Positions 1-11,804 of a DNA stretch of 64,000 nucleotides are shown piece by piece. This DNA comes from an uncultured Nitrospiraceae bacterium (GTDB lineage: Bacteria; Nitrospirota; Thermodesulfovibrionia; Thermodesulfovibrionales; Dissulfurispiraceae), in assembly GCA_963705105.1 (NCBI GenBank), contig CAVPIW010000008.1, forward strand, positions 1 to 64,000, in the 5' to 3' direction. The translations under genes and the position numbers were made by a program. The notes below the pieces were generated by a model that was not told the DNA's origin, searched no databases, and saw only the letters and a list, made by a program, of their open reading frames with translations. Position 1 is the stretch's first letter. The number at the start of each line of letters is the position of its first letter.

Positions 1-753
1 CAATTTGCCCTGAGATTCCAGAATGAGCATTTTCCTGATGACCAACATGACCGGCAGGAAGAGCAATGTCCCGTATCCGACGAGTTCCGCCGTCTCTTGA
101 ATATCTTTCGTGAAATAGTGAACGAGGACCAAGCAGATGATGGGCAGTAGGACCATCTGAAAAATGATGTTCTGCCGCCTGTTCTCTGTCGTTGTCTCTT
201 CCTCGCCGTGTTCATCGCTGATTGAGACTGGAGAAAGTGTTCCATCGGTATTGACGGAATCTGCGACCATAGGCGCCGGACGATTGGCCAGTGTGTGCTT
301 CCTGACCGTGGCCTCAAATTCGTCCAATCCTTCCCATGAATCCATAGTTTCACAATTCATGATGAAATCAACGACCTTTATTCTCTTCTTATTGGCCCCT
401 CTTATGTCGAGGTGTTTGCCTCCCCTCATGAGTTCGAAATCCGCTGAGTACTTCAGTCTGACGGCATATACTTCGTTCCACTGCAGATCAAGATTTTTAA
501 AGAGTGATCTATAGATTATTCCCCTCTCATCAATCAAAATTCTGACTGAAAGTTTACTGATCATCAATATGAAAGGAACCATGAAGAAAGGCAACATGGA
601 AGCAAGTACATACAGAAAAGCCTCAAGGGCGTCTTCTCTCGGGTGATTAATTAAAAACGCCATGTACGACAGCACGCCTGAAATCGGAATGATCATAAAT
701 GACCCATAGAGAAACAACGCGCGCAACCTTGAATATCTATAGCGTTCTTTCAT
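1..753 (-). CDS. Hypothetical membrane protein, runs off the window start
   Basis: Manual translation from ATG at 753 (MKERYRYSRLRALFLYGSFMII...) stays open to base 1 and has several hydrophobic segments. Not in the ORF track because the stop is outside the window. Confidence 0.7.
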   Translation of the reverse strand, partial: MKERYRYSRLRALFLYGSFMIIPISGVLSYMAFLINHPREDALEAFLYVLASMLPFFMVPFILMISKLSVRILIDERGIIYRSLFKNLDLQWNEVYAVRLKYSADFELMRGGKHLDIRGANKKRIKVVDFIMNCETMDSWEGLDEFEATVRKHTLANRPAPMVADSVNTDGTLSPVSISDEHGEEETTTENRRQNIIFQMVLLPIICLVLVHYFTKDIQETAELVGYGTLLFLPVMLVIRKMLILESQGKL

Positions 754-1142
754 AGCTCATCGTGTCTGTGTTCGGACTATCCGGTGGACGGCGCCAAGAA
801 AGTCTCTGCGTATGCCAATCGGGCATACGAATCACCGCCATACTGAGGCTCTTTTTATTTGTCGAGGATCTGACCGGCTTCTTGAGCTATCTGCGATTTT
901 AATCACCGGGGGGGCACACTTAGGGATGGGTTGTCAGGATCGTGCAGATATGATCCCTTTGCTTTTGTAATATGTCGCTCTTATGCGAGGGGGTTCAGCC
1001 ATTGGTGGCTTGTTTTCGCCAAGCCGGTATCTTTCTCCAGGGAAACTGCCTGGGTTCTTGGCGCAGACCTGACATTGAACCGGTGAATTGGATTCATTAC
1101 ATGTGTTATCATGCTTAAAAGAGTGTAATCACCGGAGGCATC

Positions 1143-1391
1143 ATGATACGGACGCAGATCCAGCTTACCGAGGAGCAGGCAGAGGCGCTGAAGCGCATCG
1201 CATCTTCGCGGCGCGTTTCCGTTGCCGAAGCGATACGCGATGCGGTCGACTCGATGATCAGGGCGACGACCACCATTGACATGGAAGAGAGGCGGAAAAG
1301 GGCACGCGCGATCGCCGGAAAGTACCGCTCCGGGAAAAAAGACATCTCCGCCAGACACGATGAATACCTATCAGAATCAATAGGAGAATGA
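1143..1391 (+). CDS. vapB: Ribbon-helix-helix (CopG-like) antitoxin
   Basis: MIRTQIQLTEEQ...SVAEAIRDAV RHH pattern and DISARHDEYL tail; GGAGG RBS; overlaps the PIN toxin. Confidence 0.85.
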   Translation: MIRTQIQLTEEQAEALKRIASSRRVSVAEAIRDAVDSMIRATTTIDMEERRKRARAIAGKYRSGKKDISARHDEYLSESIGE

Positions 1392-1786
1392 GGGTCTTTA
1401 TCGATACATCGGCTTTCTTCGCCCTGCTTGATGCTGACGACGCCAACCACAAAAAAGCAGAAGAGTCGTGGAGCAATGTGCTCATCCCGGAGAACGTCCT
1501 CGTCACAACCAACTATGTCCTTGTCGAAACCTTCGCCCTGGTGCAGCACAGACTCGGCATGGATGCGGTCAGGGCATTTGAGATGGACGTTACGCCTCTG
1601 CTGAATATTGAGTGGGTCACCCCGGCGATGCACAGGTCAGGGATAAGCGCCCTTTTGGCTGCATCAAGGCGCCGTCTGAGCCTGGTCGATTGCATAAGCT
1701 TCGAGGTCATGCGCAGCCTTGGGATAGAGAACGCCTTCGCTTTCGATCCTCATTTTGAAGAACAGGGTTTCAGAAGCATACCCTGA
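1388..1786 (+). CDS. vapC: PIN-domain toxin
   Basis: VFIDTSA, LSLVDCISF and AFAFDPHF PIN motifs. Confidence 0.9.
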   Translation: MRVFIDTSAFFALLDADDANHKKAEESWSNVLIPENVLVTTNYVLVETFALVQHRLGMDAVRAFEMDVTPLLNIEWVTPAMHRSGISALLAASRRRLSLVDCISFEVMRSLGIENAFAFDPHFEEQGFRSIP

Positions 1787-2057
1787 AACACCCTGAGGCG
1801 AACAGTCTCAGGCCTGCAGATTTGCCGCCCCTATAGAACCTTGTAATTTCCCGGCGGCATCAGATGCTAACCGCAGTTTTCATATTGAAAAGGTATGTCT
1901 TTTTCTTATATTATAAAGACCTGTCATTCGAACGAGCCGGGAATTGTCGTCATCCCTTGCGACCCCGTTCCGGACCCCGGCATGAACGTCTGCGACACGG
2001 CGCCCTCCGCGCGCGGTGTCTTTATCGACCAATTCTGCAAGCAGTGAGGAGGAGTGT

Positions 2058-3254
2058 ATGAAGAAGCTGATTCTTGTGTTGCTCGTCGCATTCTGTATGG
2101 TCTTTCAGGGCGCTGCATGGGCCGATGACATCTGGTTCGGCGCCGCCCTGTCTCTCACCGGGAAGCTGGCGAAGGAAGGCAACCTCGTCAAAAACGGGTA
2201 CGAACTGTGGAAGGAGACGGTCAACAAGAAGGGCGGCATCAAGATTGCGAACAAACAATACAAGATCAACATCAAGTACTATGACGACGAGAGCGACCCG
2301 AACAGGGGCGCCAAGCTCGTCGAAAAGCTGATCACCGAAGACAAGATCAAGCTCATCCTCGGTCCTTACGGCAGTGAGTCCGTCTTCGCGACGAGCGCGA
2401 TCACCGAGAAATACGGCGCCCTCATGGTGCAGGGCGGAGCGGCCGCCGACAAACTGTACACACGGGGATTCAAAAACCTTTTCGGTATTTACACCGTCGC
2501 GACGGAGTACATGGATGACACACTGGAGATGCTGAAGGACAAGACACCGAAGCCGACGACCGTCGCGATCATATACTCCAACGACATCTTTTCGACCCAG
2601 GTCGCCCAGGGGGCGAAGGCCTCTGCGGAGAAACACGGATACAAGGTCGTGACGTATCAGGATTATCCGAAGGGCACTCAGGACCTCTCGACGGTGGTCG
2701 TCCAGATGAAGGCGAAGAACCCGGACATCATCCTCGGCTGCGGCCATTTCCAGGACACGATCATCATCGTGAAGCAGACAAAGGACTACAAGGTGAGCCC
2801 AAAGGCGCTCGCCTTTTCCGTCGGCCCGACCCTCCCCGATTTCGTCAACTCGCTGAAGGGTGACTCCGAGCATGTCTTCGGTTCGGCCCAGTGGACGATG
2901 ACCCTTCAGTACAAGGACCCCGTTTTCGGGAACAACCAGGATTTCGTGAAGGTCTACAAGGCCAGATTCAAAGAAGACCCGAACTACCATTCCGCCGGCG
3001 GGGCCGCTGCTGCCGTCATTTTCCAGCGGGCCATCGAAAAGGCCGGCACAAAGGACGACATCAACAAGGTGCGTGATGCCCTCCTGGCCTTCAATGAAGA
3101 AACCCTCTACGGGAAGATCAAGTTCGACAAGACCGGCAAGGTCGTGGGCAAAGGCATGCCGGTGATCCAGATCCAGAAGGGAGCCCAGAAGACTATCTAC
3201 CCGGAGAACGTGGCTGAAAGCAAGCTCGTCTACCCGAAGCCGGCCTGGAAATGA
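2058..3254 (+). CDS. Branched-chain amino acid-type ABC transporter substrate-binding protein
   Basis: Signal peptide MKKLILV; LSLTG, YYDDESDP and LILGPYGS motifs; GAGGAG RBS before ATG 2058. Confidence 0.9.
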   Translation: MKKLILVLLVAFCMVFQGAAWADDIWFGAALSLTGKLAKEGNLVKNGYELWKETVNKKGGIKIANKQYKINIKYYDDESDPNRGAKLVEKLITEDKIKLILGPYGSESVFATSAITEKYGALMVQGGAAADKLYTRGFKNLFGIYTVATEYMDDTLEMLKDKTPKPTTVAIIYSNDIFSTQVAQGAKASAEKHGYKVVTYQDYPKGTQDLSTVVVQMKAKNPDIILGCGHFQDTIIIVKQTKDYKVSPKALAFSVGPTLPDFVNSLKGDSEHVFGSAQWTMTLQYKDPVFGNNQDFVKVYKARFKEDPNYHSAGGAAAAVIFQRAIEKAGTKDDINKVRDALLAFNEETLYGKIKFDKTGKVVGKGMPVIQIQKGAQKTIYPENVAESKLVYPKPAWK

Positions 3255-3273
3255 CCGGTAATCCCGGGCAAGC

Positions 3274-4152
3274 ATGATCATCCTCCAGATCCTCATAAAC
3301 GGCCTCCTTCTCGGCGGGTTCTACGCCCTCATCGGGATAGGTTTCTCCCTCGTCTGGGGTGTCACGAACATCATCAACCTGGCCCACGGCGCCGTGGCAC
3401 TCCTCGGCGCCTATCTCACCTATTTCCTCTTCCAGCACTGGCACGTGGACCCCTTCCTCACGATCCCGATCACCTTTATCTCTCTTTATTTCTTCGGCTA
3501 CGGCCTGCAGCGCTATGTCATGAACCTCGTCGTGAAGGCCCAGATCTTCATGCTCCTCATCCTCACCTTCGGACTCGAGATCTTTCTTGTCAACTTCATG
3601 ACCACCTTCTTCTCCGCCGACTTCCGGTCCGTCACCCCCGACTACGCCGGAGAAAGCCTCATCATGGGAGACATCGTCATCCCCTACATCCGACTCGCCG
3701 TTTTCGGGATCTGCATCCTCATCGCCGCCGTCATGGGCTTCTTCCTCGACAGGACCTGGACCGGCAAGGCCATCAAGGCCACGTCCCTCGACAGAGAGGC
3801 GGCCATGATGACCGGCATAAACCCGGCGAAGATCTACGCCATCACCTTCGCCCTCGGCTCCGCCCTTGCCGGCGTCGCCGGGACGCTTCTCACCCTCACG
3901 CAGGCCTTTTCCCCGACCATCGCCGGCGGCCTGACCCTCAGGGCCTTCATCGTGAGCATCCTCGGCGGTCTCGGAAGAATTGAGGGCGCCCTCATCGGGG
4001 GCCTCCTGCTCGGCGTGATCGAAACCTTCAGCTCCTATTTCATCGGCGAGAGTTACAAGAACGCCATCGCCTTCGGGCTCATGGTCGTCATGCTCATCCT
4101 CCGGCCCTCGGGCATCATGGGGAGAAAATATTACGCCGAGGTGAAACATTGA
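3274..4152 (+). CDS. livH: BCAA ABC transporter permease
   Basis: NGLLLGGFYALIGIGFSLVWGVTNIINLAHG signature. Confidence 0.9.
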   Translation: MIILQILINGLLLGGFYALIGIGFSLVWGVTNIINLAHGAVALLGAYLTYFLFQHWHVDPFLTIPITFISLYFFGYGLQRYVMNLVVKAQIFMLLILTFGLEIFLVNFMTTFFSADFRSVTPDYAGESLIMGDIVIPYIRLAVFGICILIAAVMGFFLDRTWTGKAIKATSLDREAAMMTGINPAKIYAITFALGSALAGVAGTLLTLTQAFSPTIAGGLTLRAFIVSILGGLGRIEGALIGGLLLGVIETFSSYFIGESYKNAIAFGLMVVMLILRPSGIMGRKYYAEVKH

Positions 4153-5108
4153 ACAAGAGACATCTCCTGCTCTTCGGCGTCTTCATCGTCGTCCTCTTCG
4201 TGCTGCCCTTTGTCGTTTCCGGATACTGGCTCAGGGTGCTCACGCAGACCTTTCTCTTCGGCGCCATCGCTTCGGGCAGCAACATCATCATCGGGTACAC
4301 GGGATACCCCGCCTTCGGCAATATCGCCTTCTTCGGTGTCGGCGCCTACGTCACTGGCGTGCTCATGACGAAATACGGACTGCCCTTCATCGCGACGCTC
4401 CCCTTTTGCGCGCTCTCGGGGGTCATTCTTGCGACGGTCCTGGGTCTGCCGATCCTGAGGCTCAAGGGACACTATTTCGCCATCGCCACCGTCGGCGTGA
4501 TGGAAACAATCCGTGAGATCGTCGACAACATGACGGAACTCACCGGAGGCGGCCTCGGGATGACCCTTCCGATCATGCAGGGAGAACCGGAATTCATCTA
4601 CAAGTTCTTCTACTATGCCATGCTTTCATGCATGCTCTTCGCCCTCTTCGTCTCCTTCGTCGTCTCACGGATCAAGCAGGGCTACGCCCTGAGGGCGATC
4701 CGCGTCGACGAGGACGCCGCGAGCGTCATGGGGATCAACACGTCCCTGTACAAGACCTTCGCCTGGGCGGTGAGCGCGTCGATCGTCGCATTCGCGGGCG
4801 GCATTTACGCCTATTGGCTGAGCTACATCGATCCCCATACCGTCTTCGTGGGGACCTATTCCGTCAAGATGTTCGCCATGATCCTCCTCGGAGGCGCTGG
4901 CACCGTCATGGGTCCCCTCCTCGGAGCCTTCATCCTCGAGCTCATCTCCGAGATCATCTGGAGCAAGTTCATCGCGATCCACGGCATGGTCCTCGGTCTT
5001 CTTATTATCTTCATCATCCTCTTTATTCCGAAGGGTCTCTTTGAGACTTTCAAGGGCGGGTTCAGCTTCAGGAAGATGATGGCGAACCTCCGGGAAAACA
5101 GCCTGTAG
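4149..5108 (+). CDS. livM: BCAA ABC transporter permease
   Basis: GYTGYPAFGNIAFFGVGAY and LRLKGHYFAIAT; TTG start overlaps the upstream stop. Confidence 0.9.
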   Translation: MNKRHLLLFGVFIVVLFVLPFVVSGYWLRVLTQTFLFGAIASGSNIIIGYTGYPAFGNIAFFGVGAYVTGVLMTKYGLPFIATLPFCALSGVILATVLGLPILRLKGHYFAIATVGVMETIREIVDNMTELTGGGLGMTLPIMQGEPEFIYKFFYYAMLSCMLFALFVSFVVSRIKQGYALRAIRVDEDAASVMGINTSLYKTFAWAVSASIVAFAGGIYAYWLSYIDPHTVFVGTYSVKMFAMILLGGAGTVMGPLLGAFILELISEIIWSKFIAIHGMVLGLLIIFIILFIPKGLFETFKGGFSFRKMMANLRENSL

Positions 5109-5120
5109 GGGCCTGCAACG

Positions 5121-5858
5121 ATGACACTGCTCGAAGCGAAGAATGTGGCAAAGAATTACGGGGGCCTCACGGTCCTCACCGACGTGAACTGCAAGGTCGA
5201 ACAGGGCGAGATCGTCGGCATCATCGGGCCCAACGGGGCGGGAAAGACGACGTTCATGAACCTCATATCCGGTCTCACCGACATCACCGGCGGCGTCATC
5301 GTTTACAAGGGAACGACGATCAACGACAAGAAAGCCTACGAGATATCGAAGATGGGCATCGCAAGGACCTTCCAGGTCGTCAAGCCCTTCGGGGGACTGT
5401 CGGTGATCGAAAACGTCATGGTCGGCGCCTTTTACGGCCGGAGGGGGGCGAAATCCAGGCAGGAGGCGAGGGACGCCGCCATGGAAGCCCTCATCATCGC
5501 CGGCCTGGAGGAGCTGAAGGACAAGGATCCACACACCCTGCCTCTCGCAAAAAGGAAGAAGCTCGAGGTCGCCCGGGCCCTTGCCATGGACCCCGAACTC
5601 CTCCTGCTCGACGAGGTGATGGCGGGGCTGGACGCGAAGGATCTCGCCGAAATGATGTCGGAGATCATGAAGCTCCGGGAAAAGGGGATCACCATGCTCG
5701 TCATAGAGCATGTCATGAAGGCGATCATGGGCATCTCGGACAGGATCATCGTCCTCCACCTGGGCAAAAAGATCTTCGAGGGCAAACCTGCAGAGGTCGT
5801 GAAGGAGCCCGCCGTGATCGAGGCGTACCTCGGAAGCAAGTACGCCCACAAGGAGTAG
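5121..5858 (+). CDS. livG: BCAA ABC transporter ATP-binding protein
   Basis: GPNGAGKTT, GIARTFQ, LLLLDE, IEH and EAYLG. Confidence 0.9.
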   Translation: MTLLEAKNVAKNYGGLTVLTDVNCKVEQGEIVGIIGPNGAGKTTFMNLISGLTDITGGVIVYKGTTINDKKAYEISKMGIARTFQVVKPFGGLSVIENVMVGAFYGRRGAKSRQEARDAAMEALIIAGLEELKDKDPHTLPLAKRKKLEVARALAMDPELLLLDEVMAGLDAKDLAEMMSEIMKLREKGITMLVIEHVMKAIMGISDRIIVLHLGKKIFEGKPAEVVKEPAVIEAYLGSKYAHKE

Positions 5859-5865
5859 AACAGCG

Positions 5866-6576
5866 ATGGCGCAGGCACTGCTGGAAGTGAAGAACCTCAA
5901 TGCCGGCTACGGGGACCTCCAGATCCTGAGGGACGTGACCCTTGCCGTAAACGAAGGCGAAGTCGTCGCCCTCCTCGGATCGAACGGGGCCGGCAAGTCG
6001 ACGTTCATGCGCACCCTCGTCGGCAGGATCAGGGTCTGGAGCGGAGAGGTGACCATGAGGGGCGAAAACCTGACGAACGCCCTCTCCGAGAGGATCGTCC
6101 AGTCCGGCATCAGCATCGCCCCTGAGGGCAGGAGACTCTTCGCCGGCATGACGGTGACGGAAAATCTCGAGATGGGGGCGTTCTGCAGGCGGAAGGATAT
6201 CAAGACCCGGATGGACAAGATCTTCCAGATGTTCCCGAGACTCTACGAGCGGCGCAACCACCTTGCCGGCGACCTCTCCGGCGGCGAGCAGCAGATGTGC
6301 TCCATCGGCCGGGCCCTGATGAACGAACCCAAGGTGCTCCTCATTGATGAATTCTCCCTGGGACTCGCCCCCGCCATTGTGGACATCCTAATCAACGTCG
6401 TCAACGACATCAATAAACAGGGTGTCAGCATCCTCATCGTGGAGCAGGATGTCCAGATGGTCCTCGAGCTGAGCACGCGGGCCTACGTCATGGAGGTGGG
6501 CGCCATCACCCTCTCCGGGGCATCCAGGGATCTCCTCGACAACCCCAAGATCAAAGAAGCATACCTGGGGATGTAA
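5866..6576 (+). CDS. livF: BCAA ABC transporter ATP-binding protein
   Basis: GSNGAGKST, PEGRRLF, LSGGEQQM and VEQ. Confidence 0.9.
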   Translation: MAQALLEVKNLNAGYGDLQILRDVTLAVNEGEVVALLGSNGAGKSTFMRTLVGRIRVWSGEVTMRGENLTNALSERIVQSGISIAPEGRRLFAGMTVTENLEMGAFCRRKDIKTRMDKIFQMFPRLYERRNHLAGDLSGGEQQMCSIGRALMNEPKVLLIDEFSLGLAPAIVDILINVVNDINKQGVSILIVEQDVQMVLELSTRAYVMEVGAITLSGASRDLLDNPKIKEAYLGM

Positions 6577-6587
6577 AGCGAAACGGC

Positions 6588-6743
6588 GCATACGCTTTCC
6601 GGAAAGGCGGGGTGTATGCGCCGAAAACCTTGCTGCGGCGACACCGTAACATAATAAGAAAGGTGGGCATATGCTGACACTCACACTGTCACTGGCACTA
6701 TTTTTCAGAGCGCTTCGCCCCGCCTTTCTATGCAACTACAGGG
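6588..6743 (+). repeat. Inverted-repeat (MITE-like) element, copy A, internally deleted
   Basis: GGAAAGGCGGGGTGTATGCGCCGAAAACCTTGCTGCGGCGACACC ... CTGACACTCACACTGTCACTG ... CAGAGCGCTTCGCCCCGCCTTTCTATGCAAC matches the copies at 51438, 59165 and 63732. Confidence 0.9.
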
Positions 6744-6797
6744 GAAAGCTAAGCGGTGCAGAATAGACAGGCTTTGAACCATATCTGCCGTCCCGGT

Positions 6798-6849
6798 ATC
6801 AGCAAGATCCGGAGGCGCATTGCCCTGCCTTTTCATGCAGCAATAAGGT
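6798..6849 (+). repeat. Remnant end of the same element family
   Basis: ATCAGCAAG...GAGGCGCATTGCCCTGCCTTTTCATGCAGCAATAAGGT resembles the right arm of the copies at 28403 and 14193. Confidence 0.6.
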
Positions 6850-6857
6850 AACCCACG

Positions 6858-8279
6858 ATGTCGCGCGTCCCAAGCCCAAGCTACAGCATCACCATCCGCG
6901 CCGAAATCGACAACAAGATCGGCATGTTCGCCCGGATCGCCCTGGCCATCAGCCAGACAGGCGGCGATCTCGGCTCCGTCGATATCGTCAGGGGCAGCAG
7001 GGAGACGATCGTCCGGGACATTACGGTCAACGCCCGTGACGAGAAGCATGAGCAGGAAATCGTCAGGTCCATCCGCCAGATCAGCGGCGTCAAGGTGCTC
7101 AGGGTCTTGGACCGCACCTTCTCGGCCCACCTCGGCGGCAAGATCGAGATCCATACCAAGTTCCCCATCAGGGACCGCGAAGACCTGTCCAAAGTGTACA
7201 CGCCCGGCGTCGCCCGGGTCTGCATGGACATCCATGAATGCAGGGACCACGCCTACCGCTACACGATCAAGGGCAATTCCGTCGCCGTCGTGACGGACGG
7301 CTCGGCCGTCCTCGGTCTCGGCGACATCGGCCCCGAGGCGGCCATGCCGGTCATGGAGGGCAAGGCGATGATATTCCGGGACTTTGCCGGCATCGACGCC
7401 TTCCCCATCGCACTCAGGACGAAGGTGCCGGATGAGATCATCGCGACGGTCATCAACATCTCCCCTGCCTTCGGCGGCATCAATCTGGAAGACATCTCGG
7501 CGCCGCGCTGCTTTGAGATCGAGACGAAACTCCGGCAGGCCCTCGACATCCCGGTGATACACGACGACCAGCACGGCACCGCCGTCGTTGTCCTCGCGGC
7601 CCTCATGAACGTCTGCCGTCTCCTGAAGAGGGACCTCTCCTCCTTCAGGATCGTCATTTCCGGCGCCGGCGCTGCAGGTATCGCAACGGCAAGCCTGATC
7701 CTCGCCTCGGGCACGCCGGACATCGTCGTCTGCGACCGTCACGGCGCCATATACAGGGGAAGGCGCCAGGACATGAATCCTTACAAGAAAGCCCTCGCCG
7801 CAAGGACCAATCCACGGAGGATCAAAGGGAGCCTGTCATCGGCCCTCACGGGAGCCGACGTCTTTATCGGCCTCTCGGCGCCGAACCTCGTCACTCCCGA
7901 CGACATCAGGAAGATGGCAAAGAACCCTGTCGTTTTCGCCCTCGCGAACCCGGAGCCGGAGATCGCGCCCGAGGATGCCCTTCCCCTCGTGAGCATCCTC
8001 GCCACGGGCAGGTCGGACTACCCGAACCAGATCAACAATATGCTGAGCTTCCCGGGCATCTTCAGGGGCCTCCTCGATGTGAAGGCGAAAGAAGTGAACA
8101 ATCACGTCAAGGTGGCGGCGGCCCGGGCCATCGCTCACTGCGTGAAAGACGACGAACTCCACGAGGACTTCATCATCCCGAGCATCTTCGACAGGAAGGT
8201 CGTCTCCGCCGTGGCCCACGACGTGGCGGAGGCGGCGGAGAGCACCGGTATTTCCCGGAAAGAGGCCGCGAAGAAATGA
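6858..8279 (+). CDS. NAD(P)-dependent malic enzyme with N-terminal ACT domain
   Basis: [51 protein letters not shown] and [11 protein letters not shown]. Confidence 0.95.
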   Translation: MSRVPSPSYSITIRAEIDNKIGMFARIALAISQTGGDLGSVDIVRGSRETIVRDITVNARDEKHEQEIVRSIRQISGVKVLRVLDRTFSAHLGGKIEIHTKFPIRDREDLSKVYTPGVARVCMDIHECRDHAYRYTIKGNSVAVVTDGSAVLGLGDIGPEAAMPVMEGKAMIFRDFAGIDAFPIALRTKVPDEIIATVINISPAFGGINLEDISAPRCFEIETKLRQALDIPVIHDDQHGTAVVVLAALMNVCRLLKRDLSSFRIVISGAGAAGIATASLILASGTPDIVVCDRHGAIYRGRRQDMNPYKKALAARTNPRRIKGSLSSALTGADVFIGLSAPNLVTPDDIRKMAKNPVVFALANPEPEIAPEDALPLVSILATGRSDYPNQINNMLSFPGIFRGLLDVKAKEVNNHVKVAAARAIAHCVKDDELHEDFIIPSIFDRKVVSAVAHDVAEAAESTGISRKEAAKK

Positions 8280-8962
8280 TGTCGCTCAGGGAATTCCTCG
8301 GGAGCTCCGTCGGGGGGAAACTGGTCATGGCCTCCACCGGCGGCATCCTTGTCCTCTTCCTCGCGGGGCACCTCCTCGGAAACGTTTCCGTCTTCAGCGG
8401 GCAGGAGAGCATGAACGCTTACGCCTTCAAGCTCCACGGGCTCGGTCCCTTCGTCTGGATCTTCCGGATCGTCATGATCACCGTCTTCTGCCTCCATGTC
8501 TTCTTCGGCATCCGGCTGAGCCTCCAAAACAGGGCTGCCAAGCCGCAGGGATACGCCGTCAGGCACCATCTCAGGGCGACCTTCGCCTCGAAGGCGATGC
8601 TCCAGAGCGGGCTCGTCATCCTCGGTTTTGTCAGCTACCATCTCGTCCACTTCACCTTTCAGATCATCGATCCGGCCGTCGCCGCCAGGATGAACCAGGA
8701 CGGCCTGGGAAGGCCCGACGTCTACCGCATGCTCGTCCTGAGTTTCCAGGGAGCGCTCCATTCGATCCTCTATATGGTCGCCCTCGCCATGGTATTCCTT
8801 CACCTGAGCCACGGCGTCCAAAGCGTCGCCCAGACCTTCGGGCTGACCAACGACAAGACACTGCCGGCCATCGAAAAAGCCGGAATGGCTGCGGCACTCA
8901 TTCTCTTTGCCGGGTTCTCCGCCATCCCCCTGGCGATCCTGGCGGGACTGGTGAGGATTTAG
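8276..8962 (+). CDS. sdhC: Succinate dehydrogenase/fumarate reductase cytochrome b subunit
   Basis: [18 protein letters not shown] and HLSHG heme-ligand pattern; directly precedes sdhA. Confidence 0.9.
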   Translation: MMSLREFLGSSVGGKLVMASTGGILVLFLAGHLLGNVSVFSGQESMNAYAFKLHGLGPFVWIFRIVMITVFCLHVFFGIRLSLQNRAAKPQGYAVRHHLRATFASKAMLQSGLVILGFVSYHLVHFTFQIIDPAVAARMNQDGLGRPDVYRMLVLSFQGALHSILYMVALAMVFLHLSHGVQSVAQTFGLTNDKTLPAIEKAGMAAALILFAGFSAIPLAILAGLVRI

Positions 8963-8970
8963 GAGGGATT

Positions 8971-10884
8971 ATGATACTCGACGGAAAATGCCCCTCAGGA
9001 CCGCTGCAGGACCGCTGGCTCAGGCACCGCCAGGACCTGAAGCTCATCAATCCCGCCAACAAGAGGAAGTACCGGATCATCGTCGTCGGGACGGGCCTCG
9101 CAGGGGCCTCGGCGGCGGCGACACTGGGGGAGCTGGGTTACAACGTCGATGCCTTCTGCTACCAGGACACCCCGCGGCGCGGTCACAGCATCGCCGCACA
9201 GGGCGGCATCAACGCGGCGAAGAGCTACCCGAACGACGGGGACAGCATATTCCGTCTCTTCTATGACACGGTCAAGGGCGGCGACTTCAGGGCCCGTGAA
9301 TCGAATGTCTACCGCCTGGCCGAGATCAGCAACAGCATCATCGACCAGTGCGTGGCCCAGGGGGTGCCCTTTGCGAGGGACTATGCCGGGTATCTCGACA
9401 ACCGCTCCTTCGGCGGGGCCCAGGTCTCCCGCACCTTTTACGCCCGCGGACAGACGGGTCAGCAGCTCCTCCTCGGGGCCTACTCCGCCCTGTCACGGCA
9501 GGTCAAGGCCGGGACGGTGAGGCTCCATCCCCGCACGGAGATGCTCGACCTCGTCGTGATCGACGGCGAGGCGAAGGGGATCACGGTCCGCGACCTCGTC
9601 ACCGGAGAGATATCCTGTTATGCCGCCGACGCGGTCTGCCTCGCCACGGGAGGGTATGCGAACGTTTTCTATCTCTCGACCAACGCGATGGGGTCGAACG
9701 TGACAGCCACGTACCGGGCATACAAGAAAGGGGCCTTCTTCGCCAACCCCTGCTTCACCCAGATCCACCCCACCTGCATACCCGTCAGCGGGTCCCATCA
9801 GTCAAAGCTCACCCTGATGTCCGAGTCGCTCAGGAACGACGGCAGGATCTGGGTGCCCAGGACGAAGGGCGACGGGAGAAGGCCCGGCGAGATCCCCGAA
9901 GGCGAGAGGGACTACTATCTCGAACGGAAGTACCCGAGCTTCGGCAACCTGGCGCCCCGCGACATCGCCTCGAGGGCGGCGAAGGAGGTCTGCGATGAGG
10001 GTCGCGGAGTCGGTCCCGGCGGCCTCGGGGTATACCTCGATTTTGCCGACGCCATCGGCCGCCTCGGCAGGGACAAGATCCGCGAGCGCTACGGCAACCT
10101 CTTCGACATGTACAAGATGATCACCGGCGAAGACGCCTACGAGACGCCCATGCGGATCTACCCGGCGCCCCATTACACCATGGGTGGGCTCTGGGTGGAT
10201 TACAACCTTGAGAGCAATATTCCCGGTCTCTTCGTGCTCGGTGAAGCGAACTTCTCGGACCACGGAGCGAACAGGCTCGGCGCCAGCGCCCTCATGCAGG
10301 GCCTCGCCGACGGGTATTTCATCATTTCACACACCATCGCCCATTACCTGGCCGGGACGACGCCCGGCAAGGCGACGACAGGACATCCCGAGTTCAGGAA
10401 GTCGGTCGAGGACATCAGTGCCGTGACACGAAAGCTACTGTCCATCAACGGCAAGAAGACGGTCAGTGAATTCCATAGGGACCTGGGCCGTCTCATGTGG
10501 GATAATGTCGGGATGGGCCGCAGCGAGGAGAGTCTGAAGATGGCACTGGCGGAGATCCCCGTCCTGAGGGAGGAATTCTGGCGGAACGTGCGCATCCCCG
10601 GCAGCGGCGACGAGCTGAACCAGCAGCTCGAAAACGCCGGCCGCGTCGCCGACTTCCTCGAATTCGCCGAGCTCATGGCCTTTGACGCCCTGCACCGGCG
10701 GGAGTCCTGCGGGGGCCATTTCCGCCACGAGTACCAGATGCCCGACGGCGAGGCGAAGCGTGACGACGAGCATTTCTGCTATGCCGCCGCATGGGAATAC
10801 AAGGGCGCGGGCAGGGAGCCGGAACTGCACAGGGAGCCGCTCACCTTCGAGACGGTCCACCGCACCATAAGGAGCTACAAGTAA
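8971..10884 (+). CDS. sdhA: Succinate dehydrogenase/fumarate reductase flavoprotein subunit
   Basis: [36 protein letters not shown] and ESCGGH. Confidence 0.95.
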   Translation: MILDGKCPSGPLQDRWLRHRQDLKLINPANKRKYRIIVVGTGLAGASAAATLGELGYNVDAFCYQDTPRRGHSIAAQGGINAAKSYPNDGDSIFRLFYDTVKGGDFRARESNVYRLAEISNSIIDQCVAQGVPFARDYAGYLDNRSFGGAQVSRTFYARGQTGQQLLLGAYSALSRQVKAGTVRLHPRTEMLDLVVIDGEAKGITVRDLVTGEISCYAADAVCLATGGYANVFYLSTNAMGSNVTATYRAYKKGAFFANPCFTQIHPTCIPVSGSHQSKLTLMSESLRNDGRIWVPRTKGDGRRPGEIPEGERDYYLERKYPSFGNLAPRDIASRAAKEVCDEGRGVGPGGLGVYLDFADAIGRLGRDKIRERYGNLFDMYKMITGEDAYETPMRIYPAPHYTMGGLWVDYNLESNIPGLFVLGEANFSDHGANRLGASALMQGLADGYFIISHTIAHYLAGTTPGKATTGHPEFRKSVEDISAVTRKLLSINGKKTVSEFHRDLGRLMWDNVGMGRSEESLKMALAEIPVLREEFWRNVRIPGSGDELNQQLENAGRVADFLEFAELMAFDALHRRESCGGHFRHEYQMPDGEAKRDDEHFCYAAAWEYKGAGREPELHREPLTFETVHRTIRSYK

Positions 10885-11624
10885 TGAACCTCACCCTCTT
10901 TGTCTGGCGGCAGAAAGGTCCCGGCGACCAGGGGAAGCTCGAACGGTACGAGGCGAAGGACGTGAGCCCCGACGAGTCGTTCCTGGAGATGCTTGACGGC
11001 GTCAACGAGGCCCTCATCCACAAGGGCCTGGAGCCCATCGCCTTCGACCACGACTGCCGGGAGGGCATCTGCGGCGCCTGCTCCCAGGTCATCAACGGCG
11101 TCCCCCACGGGCCGCAGGGAAAGTGCACCGTCTGCCAGCTCCACATGAGGCATTTCAGGGACGGCGACAGCATCTACATAGAGCCTTTCCGGGCGCTCGC
11201 CTTCCCCGTCATCAGGGACCTGATCGTCGACCGGAGCGGCCTCGACCGGATCATCCAGGCCGGCGGTTATGTCTCATGCCACACCGGCGGCGTGCCCGAC
11301 GCCAACGCCATCCTCATCGCCAAGAAGGATGCCGACACGGCCATGGATGCGGCGGAGTGCATCGGCTGCGGCGCCTGCGTGGCCGCATGCCCGAACGGAT
11401 CGGCCATGCTCTTCACGGCCGCCAAGGTGTCGCACCTCGCCGTGCTGCCCCAGGGCCGTCCCGAGGCGGCCGAACGGGTCAAGGCGATGACAGGAGCAAT
11501 GCGCAGTGAGGGGTTCGGCCACTGCTCCAACCACTACGAGTGCCAGGCCGTCTGCCCCAAGGGGGTCAAGGTCACCTTCATCGCCCGCCTGAACAGGGAA
11601 TTCATCAAGTCGCAGATCACGTAG
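10884..11624 (+). CDS. sdhB: Succinate dehydrogenase/fumarate reductase iron-sulfur subunit
   Basis: [21 protein letters not shown] and [12 protein letters not shown]; start at the TAATG overlap ([10 protein letters not shown]). Confidence 0.95.
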   Translation: MNLTLFVWRQKGPGDQGKLERYEAKDVSPDESFLEMLDGVNEALIHKGLEPIAFDHDCREGICGACSQVINGVPHGPQGKCTVCQLHMRHFRDGDSIYIEPFRALAFPVIRDLIVDRSGLDRIIQAGGYVSCHTGGVPDANAILIAKKDADTAMDAAECIGCGACVAACPNGSAMLFTAAKVSHLAVLPQGRPEAAERVKAMTGAMRSEGFGHCSNHYECQAVCPKGVKVTFIARLNREFIKSQIT

Positions 11625-11804
11625 ACGCCCCGGTATTTCCGTACTCATTCCTATTGATTTCGATGGCGGGAAAGCGGCTCACGCGCTGACCGCCACTCGT
11701 TGAACTCCGACGAACTCGGTGGTTGCGGGTTGTTCCACTTCGAGACAAAGCTCCGGCATTCGAACAGGTCATCCAGAGCCAGACTTTATAAAGTGTGGAT
11801 CGCA

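Noticed and set aside
164..514. Plus-strand 116 aa ORF
   Set aside because: Antisense to the longer minus-strand membrane protein ORF at 1-753.
1915..2057. Riboswitch in the long 5' region of the Liv operon
   Set aside because: Some hairpin potential, but no aptamer consensus or terminator that I could recognise.
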